The notes under the pieces: model-generated
What the model saw: the letters and a program-made list of their open reading frames with translations, nothing else
What the model was told of the DNA's origin: nothing
Database searches by the model: none
Assembly: GCA_046262595.1 (NCBI GenBank)
Contig: JBHEMM010000006.1
Location: 29,659 to 68,745 of the forward strand
Origin: Vulcanimicrobiaceae bacterium
Lineage (GTDB): Bacteria; Vulcanimicrobiota; Vulcanimicrobiia; Vulcanimicrobiales; Vulcanimicrobiaceae
Direction: 5' to 3'
DNA length: 39,087 nt
Position numbers and translations under genes: made by a program
Part shown: positions 7,105 through 15,855 of the stretch, piece by piece
Position numbering within the stretch: the first letter of the stretch is position 1
How the letters are laid out: each line of letters opens with the position of its first letter

Positions 7105-8037
7105 TCAGATCAGCGAGATGGCGCGCGGCATCGTGAAGATGATCTCGGGTTCGGGTTTGCCGAACTCTTCGATCTCGAACGTTCCGAGCGCTTTGAGCCG
7201 ATCGACGATAGCCTGAGTGAGATGTTCGGGGGATGACGCGCCGGCCGTGACGCCGACACGCGTCACTCCCTCGAGCCACTCCGGATCGATCTGCGAGACG
7301 CGATCGATCAGATGCGCGCGTGTGCCGAGCTGCTCCGAAAGCTCGCGCAAACGCAGCGAGTTGGAACTGTTCTGGGACCCAACGACGAGCAGCACTTGGC
7401 AGCGCGGCGCTAAATCGCGAACCGCGTCCTGCCGGTTTTGTGTCGCGTAGCAAATATCGTCGCGCGCGGGCGTGCGAACGTTGGGGAAGCGCCGCCGCAC
7501 CGCGTCCATCACCGCGCCGGTTTCGTCGACGCTCAACGTCGTCTGCGTGATCACGGCGACACGCTCGGGGTCGGGCACCTGCACCCGGTCAACCGCGGCG
7601 GCGTCCTCGACCAATGTGATTTGCCCGGGAATCTCACCCATCGTTCCGATAACTTCGTCGTGCTCCGCATGGCCGATCAGGAGCACGTGCAAACCCGCTT
7701 TTGCAAACTTGATCGCTTCATAATGCACCTTAGAAACCAGCGGGCAAGTCGCGTCGATAACCCGCAGGTTATGGGCGGAAGCCATCTGGCGCACCGCGGG
7801 CGAAATACCGTGCGCGCTGAACACCAGAATCGAGCCTTCCGGCGCTTCGTCCACCTCTTCGACAAAGACGGCTCCCCGCGCGAGCAACCGTTCCACCACC
7901 TCGCGGTTGTGAACGATCTCCTTGCGAACGTAGATAGGGCCGCCGTGCTCGTCGAGCAGTTGATCGACAACGGCGATCGCGCGATCGACTCCCGCGCAGC
8001 AGCCGCGCGGATTGGCGAGCAGCAATTTCTGGGACAT
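7105..8037 (-). CDS. ispH: 4-hydroxy-3-methylbut-2-enyl diphosphate reductase
   Basis: PRG(C)CAGVDRAI, EIVHN, FSAHG, DATCPLV, HxEVxG, QTTLS, DICYATQNRQ, SSNS and TAGAS motifs. Confidence 0.97.
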   Translation of the reverse strand: MSQKLLLANPRGCCAGVDRAIAVVDQLLDEHGGPIYVRKEIVHNREVVERLLARGAVFVEEVDEAPEGSILVFSAHGISPAVRQMASAHNLRVIDATCPLVSKVHYEAIKFAKAGLHVLLIGHAEHDEVIGTMGEIPGQITLVEDAAAVDRVQVPDPERVAVITQTTLSVDETGAVMDAVRRRFPNVRTPARDDICYATQNRQDAVRDLAPRCQVLLVVGSQNSSNSLRLRELSEQLGTRAHLIDRVSQIDPEWLEGVTRVGVTAGASSPEHLTQAIVDRLKALGTFEIEEFGKPEPEIIFTMPRAISLI

Positions 8038-8077
8038 GTCTTTGGAACTTTACCCCCGTTTGGGTAAAGCGCCTGCC

Positions 8078-9301
8078 ATGCGGTGGATCCGCTCGGCCGC
8101 GGCACGCATCGTGCCGAGCATCATTTCGTCCGCCTCGGACAACGATCCGACAACGGTCGCATCGCTCGCGGTCATCGGCTCGACGACCGTTTACGGTTTG
8201 GGATGGCTCGTCGTGCTCGTCATACCGATGCTTGCCGTCGTTCAAGCGCTGAGCGCGCATATCGGCACGGTATGCAAAGCCGGGCTCGAAGATCTGATCC
8301 GCAAGCGCTACGGCCGCGCGGCAGCGCTCGTACTGCTTGCAGCGGTGTTGATCGTCAACGTGCTGACTTTAGCGGCGGATTTGGAAGGCGGCGGCGCTGC
8401 GCTCGCGCTGCTCACCGGCGTCCCGTACGGCATTTGGATCGCGCCGCTTGCGGCCGCAGCTCTGGCGCTGCTCATCTTTGGCAGCTATGCGCGCGTGGAA
8501 CGCGTGCTTCTGTTTCTTCCGGTTGCGTTTCTTTCGTACGTCGCCGCGGCATTTTTGGCACATCCGGATTGGCGCGCCGTCCTGCACGATACGTTCGTCC
8601 CGCATCTGGAACATTCGCGCGATTATGTAGCCGGAGCAATCGCGCTGCTTGGCACGACACTCACGGCATATTCGTACGTTTGGCAAGAGCTCGAGTTCAG
8701 CGAGAAACATCCGCCGCTGCGCCGCCTTGGGCTGGTGCAGATCGGCGCGGGCGTCGGTGCAACCGGTGCCGGCGCGGTCTTCTGGTTCATCCTCATTGCC
8801 ACAGGCGCGACACTCGGCATGCACCACACGCAGGTGCAGACCGCGCAGCAAGCCGCCTCTGCGCTCGAGCCGGTTGCCGGACGATTCGCCGGCGCGTTGT
8901 TCGGGATCGGTTTGCTTGGCTCGGCACTTCTCGCGATTCCCGTGCTGATGGCAACGTCGGCGTACCTCGCGAGCGAGATGTTCGGCTGGAGCGGCAAGCT
9001 CGACGCGCGGTTTGTGCAAGCACCGAAATTCTATCTTCTGATGATTGTCTGCACGGCGCTTGCGTGCGCCTTCGCTTTTGCGGGCATTGCGCCGATCCGG
9101 CTGCTCTTCATCAGTTCCATTGCCGGCGGCATCGCAACGCCCGTCTCGCTCACGTTCATGCTCTTGGCCGCAGGCGACAAGCGGCTGATGCGCAACGCGC
9201 CCGTTCGCCGCTGGCTTCTGGGCGCCGGGTGGGCGACGACCGCCGTCGTGAGCGCCGCCGCCGCGATCTTCATCTACCAAACGTTCACAGGTCACTCGTG
9301 A
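8078..9301 (+). CDS. NRAMP-family (SLC11-like) divalent metal cation transporter
   Basis: About 11 hydrophobic segments. SASDNDPTTV at the DPGN-equivalent site; LLGTTLTAY and QTAQQAASALEPVAG motifs. Confidence 0.85.
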   Translation: MRWIRSAAARIVPSIISSASDNDPTTVASLAVIGSTTVYGLGWLVVLVIPMLAVVQALSAHIGTVCKAGLEDLIRKRYGRAAALVLLAAVLIVNVLTLAADLEGGGAALALLTGVPYGIWIAPLAAAALALLIFGSYARVERVLLFLPVAFLSYVAAAFLAHPDWRAVLHDTFVPHLEHSRDYVAGAIALLGTTLTAYSYVWQELEFSEKHPPLRRLGLVQIGAGVGATGAGAVFWFILIATGATLGMHHTQVQTAQQAASALEPVAGRFAGALFGIGLLGSALLAIPVLMATSAYLASEMFGWSGKLDARFVQAPKFYLLMIVCTALACAFAFAGIAPIRLLFISSIAGGIATPVSLTFMLLAAGDKRLMRNAPVRRWLLGAGWATTAVVSAAAAIFIYQTFTGHS

Positions 9302-9328
9302 CCCCGGGGGCGAAAGCCCAATCCCGCC

Positions 9329-10459
9329 ATGAACGACCAGCCCACGCCGCCCTCCAGCGAACCGGAACGCCCCGATGTCGCCGCGGTGCAAGAACCGCAA
9401 ACACAGCCGGCGCCGGCCTCCGCGTCCGCGCCCGAATTGGAGCAGCCGACCGCGCTGAGCGCCGGGGAAGCACCGGTCGGCGAGATTCCGCTGCCCTCTG
9501 CGCCGCCGGAACCGCAAGCGCCCGCGGCAGCCGCACCGGCGCCGCCCGCCGCGCCGCGCAAGCCGCAACCCTCTCCCGAAGAAATCGCCGCTCGCCAAGC
9601 CGCGAACGAAGAGCGCCGCAAAAAGGCGCAAGCGACGTGGGAGCGCTTGGTCAACGCGAAGAGCAGCGGTGAAATGGTGCAAGCGGTCGTGAAGACCGCC
9701 GTCAAAGGCGGTTTGCTCGTTGACGTCGAGGGCTACCGCGGATTTCTGCCCGCCTCGCAAACCGGCGTGGCGAAAGGCACGCCGCTCGACTCGATCGTCG
9801 GCACGTCCGTCGCACTCAAAGTGATCGACGTCGACGACACGCGCAAACGGCTCGTCGTCTCGCACCGCCTCGCGCAGCAAGAAGAACGGCGCGCAGCCCG
9901 CAGCGATCTGCTGCAATCGCTTAAGGTTGGCGAAGAGCGCGACGCCACCGTGGTGCGGCTCGCCGATTTCGGTGCGTTCGTCGATTTGGGGAGCGGCATC
10001 GATGCGCTCATTCCCGCAAGCGAGTTGGCTTTCGAGCGCGTCGAAAAACCCGGCGACGTCGTCAAAATCGGTGAGCGGCTCAAAGTGCGCGTGTTGCGGA
10101 TCGATCAAGGCGGGAAAAAAATTGCCGTCTCGCGCAAAGGCGCCCTCGCCGATCCCTGGCGCGATCATTCCGCCGTGCTGCAGCGCGGGAAAACGGTCGA
10201 AGGTAGAGTGGTCGGCAAAGAGCGCGGTCTCGAAGTGGAGATCGCTCCGGGTATTATCGGAAGCGTCAGCGACCGGGAAGCAAATCCGGAGGAGTACGAA
10301 ATCGGCGAAACGGTGGAAGTGACGATTCGTTCGGCGGACTACCGCACGCGGCGCGTGCGTCTCTCGACGATGCATTCGGCGCAGACGTTTTCTTCCACGT
10401 CGTTCGCGCCGTTGGGCGCGGAGCTCAAAATCCCGATCGACGAACAAACGCCGCAGTAA
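9329..10459 (+). CDS. S1 RNA-binding domain protein (ribosomal protein S1-like) with a Pro/Ala-rich N-terminal extension
   Basis: KGGLLVDVEGYRGFLPASQ and LADFGAFVDLGSGIDALIPASEL S1 repeats; about three S1 domains. Confidence 0.85.
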   Translation: MNDQPTPPSSEPERPDVAAVQEPQTQPAPASASAPELEQPTALSAGEAPVGEIPLPSAPPEPQAPAAAAPAPPAAPRKPQPSPEEIAARQAANEERRKKAQATWERLVNAKSSGEMVQAVVKTAVKGGLLVDVEGYRGFLPASQTGVAKGTPLDSIVGTSVALKVIDVDDTRKRLVVSHRLAQQEERRAARSDLLQSLKVGEERDATVVRLADFGAFVDLGSGIDALIPASELAFERVEKPGDVVKIGERLKVRVLRIDQGGKKIAVSRKGALADPWRDHSAVLQRGKTVEGRVVGKERGLEVEIAPGIIGSVSDREANPEEYEIGETVEVTIRSADYRTRRVRLSTMHSAQTFSSTSFAPLGAELKIPIDEQTPQ

Positions 10460-10636
10460 ATCAGCGCGTCATGCTGCCGGATTTTCCATCCTGACGCATA
10501 CTTCGCCATCTGGGAATTCAAGGCGCGGCTATCATCTCACGGCCTCCGATGCGCACAATCTCTCACTCTCAGAATCGCTCGGACTGGCAAGCGATGCGCA
10601 GCGCCACCGTCAACTTCCAAAGCGCGTGCCGGCGCA

Positions 10637-10879
10637 TCACTCCACGTAATTCTCGACCGTCTTGCCCGAACGCATCTGCGCCGCTTGCGGATCCTGTCCG
10701 AACTCGCGGCGCGCTCGGCGCTGCTGCAGCAGATCGTAGTAGCGATCGAGCTCGACATTGATCTCGCTCAGGCGCTTGCGTTCGTCCGCGCTCAGCGGCT
10801 GCTCGTCCGCGCGTTCGTAGAAACGGTGCTCTTCGGCAACAAGCTGCTCGATGTGGCCGTGAATGTCGCTATCGTTCAT
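10637..10879 (-). CDS. DUF2630 family protein
   Basis: IEQLVAEEH..RL..INVELDRYYDLLQQRRARREFGQDP..AQMR..TVENY pattern; SD GGAG. Confidence 0.85.
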   Translation of the reverse strand: MNDSDIHGHIEQLVAEEHRFYERADEQPLSADERKRLSEINVELDRYYDLLQQRRARREFGQDPQAAQMRSGKTVENYVE

Positions 10880-11798
10880 CGTGTTCTCCATGGTGAGCGC
10901 TTACGGGTTGGCGCAGCCCCAGGCGCGTGAGGTCTTCATCGGACAAGGCGATGTCCGCCGCGTGCATATTTTCTTCCAAATGCCGCGCCGACGACGTGCC
11001 GGGAATCGGCGCCATCTGCGGTGAGCGGGCGAGCAGCCACGCCAGCGCGATCTGATGCACCGTCGTCTCGTGCGCTTTTGCGACGATCTGCACTTCCGTA
11101 TTGCCGGCAATTTCCGATGAGTTCGCGCCCAGCGGAAACCACGGCAGAAAGGCAAGGCCTTCGCGTTCACAATAATCGATGATGCCCTCGCTCTCGCCCC
11201 GGTACGCCAAATTGTACCGGTTCTGCACGGAGACGATCGGTACGATCTTTTGCGCTTCGAGCAGTTGGTGGAGCGTGACGTTGCAAAGCCCGGCGTGACG
11301 AATCTTGCCTTCGTCACGCAGCTCGCGCAGCGCGCCGGCCTGCTCGGCCCACGGCACGTCGTCATCCACGGTATGTAATTGATAGAGATCGATCTCGTCC
11401 ACGCGCAAGCGCCGCAAGCTTGCCTCACAGCATTCTTTCAACCGCTGCGGACGGCAGTCTGCGACCCACTGTCCCGGCCCGGGACGCGTATTGCCGCCCT
11501 TCGTGGCAATGACGAGCTCGGGCGGATACGGATAGAGCGCCTGCGCGATCTGCTCTTCGTTGACCTCGGGGCCGTATGCATCCGCCGTGTCGATTAAGTT
11601 TACGCCGAGCTCGATCGTGCGCCGCAGCACGCGCAGCGCATTCTCGCGATCCTCCGGCCAGCCCCACACGCCGGGTCCGCACAGACGCATTGCGCCGTAA
11701 CCCATGCGGCTGACCCGGAGATCGCCGCCGATGACGATCGTTCCGGCGTTTCGTGCATCATCCATCGACCACCGTGCCTCCAACTGCTGCTCCCTCAT
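10869..11798 (-). CDS. Aldo/keto reductase
   Basis: SRMGYGAMRL, IDTADAYG, IATKGG, IDLYQLH, VQNRYNL and PIPGTSS..HLEEN motifs. Alternative start at ATG 11765. Confidence 0.93.
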   Translation of the reverse strand: MREQQLEARWSMDDARNAGTIVIGGDLRVSRMGYGAMRLCGPGVWGWPEDRENALRVLRRTIELGVNLIDTADAYGPEVNEEQIAQALYPYPPELVIATKGGNTRPGPGQWVADCRPQRLKECCEASLRRLRVDEIDLYQLHTVDDDVPWAEQAGALRELRDEGKIRHAGLCNVTLHQLLEAQKIVPIVSVQNRYNLAYRGESEGIIDYCEREGLAFLPWFPLGANSSEIAGNTEVQIVAKAHETTVHQIALAWLLARSPQMAPIPGTSSARHLEENMHAADIALSDEDLTRLGLRQPVSAHHGEHDER

Positions 11799-11867
11799 CG
11801 AGAGCTTGTACCCGCCGATGCGGCGTTGCGCCGAGGTATCGCCTCCGGCAGCCCGAAAAGGCCGCCC

Positions 11868-13574
11868 GTGGCTTCACTACCCGAACTGCGGCATACGGCT
11901 GCTCACGTGCTTGCGTACGCCGTCCAGGACATGTTTCCCGACGCCAAGCCGACCATCGGGCCGGCGATCGAGAACGGCTTTTACTACGATTTCGATCGCG
12001 AGCAGCCGTTCACGCCTGAAGATCTCGAACGCTTGGAAGCGCGTATGCGCGAAATCGTGCAAGCCGATTATGAGATGAAGGCCGAACGCGTCACCCGCGA
12101 GCAAGCGATCGAACGTTTTCGCGAGAACCCCTACAAAGTGGAATTGGCGCAAGCCATACCGGAAGGGGAGCCGATTACGCTGTACTCGATCGGCGAGTTC
12201 ACCGATCTGTGCCGCGGCGGACACGCGCCCAAGACCGGCGAAATCGGCGCCGTGAAGTTGATGAACGTCGCCGGCGCATACTGGCGCGGCGATGAGAAGA
12301 ATCCGATGCTTCAGCGCATCTACGGCACGGCGTGGTTTGACCGGCAACAGCTCGACGCCTATCTTCATCAGATCGAGGAAGCGCAAAAGCGCGACCACCG
12401 CAAGCTCGGCGTCGAACTGGATTTGTTCTCGATCGAAGAGGATGCCGGAGGCGGCCTCGTGTTCTGGCACCCCAAGGGCGCCATCATGCGCGCCGTGATC
12501 GAAAACTTCATTCGCGAGGGCTTGCGCGAGCGCGGGTATCAGCCCGTGGTTACGCCGCACATCGTCAGCGAGAAGTTGTACGAAACATCCGGCCATTTGG
12601 AAAACTATGCGCACGGCATCTTCGGGCCGATCGAGGTGGAGGAACAGCGGTTCCGTCTCAAGCCGATGAACTGTCCGGGGCACATTCTGATCTATCGCAG
12701 CCATCTGCACAGTTACCGCGAGCTGCCTATCCGCTACTCCGAGTTCGGCACGGTCTACCGCTTCGAGCGCAGCGGCGTCCTGCACGGTCTGACGCGCGTG
12801 CGCGGCTTCACGCAGGACGACGCTCATTTGTTCTGCACGCCGGACCAACTGCAAGGCGAATTCGAACAGACACTCGATGAAGCACTGCGCTTGATGAAAG
12901 CGTTCGGTTTCGAAAGCTTCGACTATTTTCTTTCGACGCGCGAAGAGCATTTGCGCGCCGGCACCGACGCGCTCGCCGAAGAAGCGATCCGCAAGGCGCT
13001 GCAGAGCCGCAGCCTGCGGTTCGAGGTAGACGCCGGCGGCGGCGCTTTTTATGGACCGAAGCTCGATATCAACGTGCGCGACGCGATCGGCCGCAAATGG
13101 CAGCTGGGCACGGTTCAGGTCGATTTCGAATTGCCGCAGCGCTTTGCACTGAAATATCGCGGCCCCGACGCAGATGAAACGCCGGTCATGATTCACCGCG
13201 CCCTTGCCGGCTCGCTCGAACGCTTCTTTGGTATCCTGATCGAGCATTTCGGCGGCAACTTCCCTGCCTGGATCGCTCCGGTGCAGGCCGTGGTCGCCCC
13301 AATCTCGGAGCACCAAGTGGAGTACGCTAAGGCAGTTGCCGATACAATGAGAGGCCGCGGGCTGCGCGTGGATGTGGACGAATCGAACGAAAAACTCGGC
13401 TATAAGATCCGGCATTGGAAAACGCAAAAGGTCCCATATATTTTGGTCGTGGGTAAGCAAGAAGCCGCCGACGGCACGGTCAACGTGAACGAGCGCGGAA
13501 TCGAAGCCAAACGCACCGTCCCGATCGCGCAGTTCGCCGACGAGCTGCAAACAAAGGTTGACGCTAAAGCATGA
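11868..13574 (+). CDS. thrS: Threonine--tRNA ligase (short form lacking the N-terminal TGS domain)
   Basis: LRHTAAH, GPAIENGFYYDF, DLCRGGH, AGAYWRGD, RDHRKLG, KPMNCPGH, RVRGFTQDDAH, AFYGPKLD and HRA..GSLERF motifs; GTG start with AAAGG. Confidence 0.97.
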   Translation: MASLPELRHTAAHVLAYAVQDMFPDAKPTIGPAIENGFYYDFDREQPFTPEDLERLEARMREIVQADYEMKAERVTREQAIERFRENPYKVELAQAIPEGEPITLYSIGEFTDLCRGGHAPKTGEIGAVKLMNVAGAYWRGDEKNPMLQRIYGTAWFDRQQLDAYLHQIEEAQKRDHRKLGVELDLFSIEEDAGGGLVFWHPKGAIMRAVIENFIREGLRERGYQPVVTPHIVSEKLYETSGHLENYAHGIFGPIEVEEQRFRLKPMNCPGHILIYRSHLHSYRELPIRYSEFGTVYRFERSGVLHGLTRVRGFTQDDAHLFCTPDQLQGEFEQTLDEALRLMKAFGFESFDYFLSTREEHLRAGTDALAEEAIRKALQSRSLRFEVDAGGGAFYGPKLDINVRDAIGRKWQLGTVQVDFELPQRFALKYRGPDADETPVMIHRALAGSLERFFGILIEHFGGNFPAWIAPVQAVVAPISEHQVEYAKAVADTMRGRGLRVDVDESNEKLGYKIRHWKTQKVPYILVVGKQEAADGTVNVNERGIEAKRTVPIAQFADELQTKVDAKA

Positions 13575-14518
13575 AACTGGAACCACGCACGCTCTTCATC
13601 GCCGCCGCACTCGCGCTGGGCGCGTGCTCGGGTAATTTCGCGACGGGCACCGGTATGCCGCAGACGGGCGGCATTCCGCCTGTCGGCGCGTCCGTCGGCC
13701 CATACACGCAAAACGGTTTACCGCAGAACGGATCGCCCTCGCCGAACGCCTCGGTTTCGCCGGGCGTGGTGAACAACGGCAGCTATCCGCTCACTGACGC
13801 GCAGACCGGCTTTACGTGTCCGCCGACGATCGCCGGCTACGGCTGCTCGCTGAAGTTTAATCTGCCCGCGCCGACGCCCACGCCGGCTCCGGCGAAAGGC
13901 AAGAAAGGCAAAGCTGCTGCAAGCACGCCGACGCCTTCACCCACCCCGTCGCCTTCGCCTACGCCTTCACCCGAGCCGTCGGCAGCCGGTTCTGCTTCGC
14001 CGGGCGCTTCCGCCAAGCCGACGCCCACGCCGTTCATCGCCACGATCGCGCTAAAAAATGAATCGCTGCCCAAGGATGCGCCTGCAATGGTGCATACCCC
14101 GGCGGGAACGCTCGACACCGTTGCGCTGATGATGGTGCATCTGACGCCGAGCGCCGACTTCGTTCTCAACGGATATGCGCAAGCCGCGTTTACCCTGCCC
14201 AAAGAACAACTTGCGGAGCGCGGTTTTGCGGTGCAGCTGTTCAAAGCGAACGTCGCAAAGAAAAAGACGACGTACGATCCGATTTGGACGTTCGACAAAT
14301 CGACGCTGCACGGCACCGAGCTCACGTTTGCATTTGCGCCGCCGAAGACGACGATCCGCAAAGGCAGCACGTACGTGCTCGTACTTTACGGCGACGATAA
14401 ATCGAAAGTCAGCTCGCCGATGCCCGCTTCGAGCGCAAGTGCCGCTCCGGACGTATCGGCCTCGCCGTCGGCGGTCCCAATGCCGGCTCCCACGACAGAG
14501 GCGACGGGCTCACCTTAA
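13571..14518 (+). CDS. Pro/Thr/Ser-rich hypothetical lipoprotein
   Basis: ATG overlaps the thrS TGA; lipobox LGAC; PTPSPTPSP linker. Confidence 0.75.
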   Translation: MKLEPRTLFIAAALALGACSGNFATGTGMPQTGGIPPVGASVGPYTQNGLPQNGSPSPNASVSPGVVNNGSYPLTDAQTGFTCPPTIAGYGCSLKFNLPAPTPTPAPAKGKKGKAAASTPTPSPTPSPSPTPSPEPSAAGSASPGASAKPTPTPFIATIALKNESLPKDAPAMVHTPAGTLDTVALMMVHLTPSADFVLNGYAQAAFTLPKEQLAERGFAVQLFKANVAKKKTTYDPIWTFDKSTLHGTELTFAFAPPKTTIRKGSTYVLVLYGDDKSKVSSPMPASSASAAPDVSASPSAVPMPAPTTEATGSP

Positions 14519-14542
14519 GCGCCACGCAGCCGCGTTAAGGTG
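14511..14542. terminator. Inverted repeat at the end of the thrS-lipoprotein unit (possible terminator or processing hairpin)
   Basis: caccttaa...ttaaggtg stem overlapping the stop codon; weak U-tract. Confidence 0.4.
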
Positions 14543-14571
14543 TTCAAGCCGGGGCTGCCGAAACGGCGCGC

Positions 14572-15840
14572 ATGAACCGGAGCGAAGCGTTGCGCGGCTT
14601 AACATCCGTGCAGCTCAAGACATTCATCGCCGCCTTTTTGGGCTGGACCCTCGATGCGTTCGATTTCTTTCTGGTCGTCGTGGTGTTGCGGCACGTTGCC
14701 AAAGATCTGCACTCCAGCCTCGTCATCGCATCGATCGCCATCACGGCGACACTCGCGCTGCGTCCCGCCGGCGCATTCATCTTCGGATGGTTTGCGGACC
14801 GCTACGGGCGCCGTTTGCCGCTGATGATCGACGTCGGCTTCTACTCCGTCATCGAGCTCGCGACGGCGTTCTCGCCGAACATTTGGATCTTCGTCGCGCT
14901 GCGCGCGCTGTACGGCATTGCAATGGGCGGCGAATGGGGCCTTGGCGCGGCGCTCGCCATGGAGTCGCTGCCGCCGCAGAAGCGCGGCTTGTTCTCGGGC
15001 ATTCTGCAAGAAGGATACGCCGTCGGCAATCTGCTTGCCGGCGCGGTGTTCGGCATTTTGTTCGTCCACATCGGGTGGCGCTGGATGTTCGTCATCGGCA
15101 CGCTTCCCGCGCTGCTCATTCTGTATATCCGCGCACACGTTCCCGAATCGCCCGCGTGGCTCGAGGGAACCGCGCGCCGCATCGGCCGCGTGCATCAGTT
15201 TTGGCCGTCCCTGCGCAAGCACTGGCCGCTGTTCATCTACACCATTTTACTGATGACGGCGTTGAACTACATGTCGCACGGCACGCAAGACCCGTATGTC
15301 ACCGCGTTTCTGAACGGACAGCATGATTTCAACCCGGGGCTGTCCGGCACGATCAATGCGATCGCGGCGGTGGGTGCGATTTGCGGCGGCATCTTCTTTG
15401 GCGCGCTCTCGCAGCGCTTCGGCAGGCGCAACATGATGATGATCTGCGCGCTGCTGGGCCTGCTCATCGTTCCGCTTTGGGCGCTCAGCCACACGGTCGC
15501 GCTGCTTGCCGCGGGCGGTTTCTTGATGCAATTCGCGGTGCAAGGCGCGTGGGGAATTATTCCGGCGCATTTAAACGAGATATCTCCGCCGGACATTCGC
15601 GCGACGTTTCCGGGTTTCACCTATCAGCTCGGCAACCTGATCGCAGCGCCGACGCTGACGATCGAGGCGCTGCTTGCGACGAAGAAGTTTGCTTTACCCG
15701 GCGGCGCCCCGAACTATGCCGCGGCGATGGCCGTGTTCGTCGCGGCGGCTCTGGCCTTTGTCGTCGTTATGGTCGCCATCGGCTACCGCGTAGCGCCCGA
15801 GCGGCGCGATGAGCTGCTCGCAGGCGAGAAAACCGCCTAA
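14572..15840 (+). CDS. MFS transporter, SHS (NanT/Jen1-like carboxylate:H+ symporter) type
   Basis: FLGWTLDAFDFF, RPAGAFIFGWFADRYGRR, GIAMGGEWG, MSHGTQD, QGAWGIIPAHLNE and FPGFTYQLGN motifs. Confidence 0.9.
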   Translation: MNRSEALRGLTSVQLKTFIAAFLGWTLDAFDFFLVVVVLRHVAKDLHSSLVIASIAITATLALRPAGAFIFGWFADRYGRRLPLMIDVGFYSVIELATAFSPNIWIFVALRALYGIAMGGEWGLGAALAMESLPPQKRGLFSGILQEGYAVGNLLAGAVFGILFVHIGWRWMFVIGTLPALLILYIRAHVPESPAWLEGTARRIGRVHQFWPSLRKHWPLFIYTILLMTALNYMSHGTQDPYVTAFLNGQHDFNPGLSGTINAIAAVGAICGGIFFGALSQRFGRRNMMMICALLGLLIVPLWALSHTVALLAAGGFLMQFAVQGAWGIIPAHLNEISPPDIRATFPGFTYQLGNLIAAPTLTIEALLATKKFALPGGAPNYAAAMAVFVAAALAFVVVMVAIGYRVAPERRDELLAGEKTA

Positions 15841-15855
15841 GCATAAACCGCCCGG

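Noticed and set aside
10460..10637. 22-aa minus-strand ORF coupled to the DUF2630 stop (MRRHALWKLTVALRIACQSERF)
   Set aside because: No recognisable similarity or SD; cannot be told apart from chance or a small remnant.
11877..13586. 569-aa antisense ORF over thrS, and similar long ORFs at 8369-10447, 8083-9672, 18945-20225, 34261-36039 and 36046-37203
   Set aside because: Shadow frames of well-supported genes in GC-rich DNA; no recognisable motifs.
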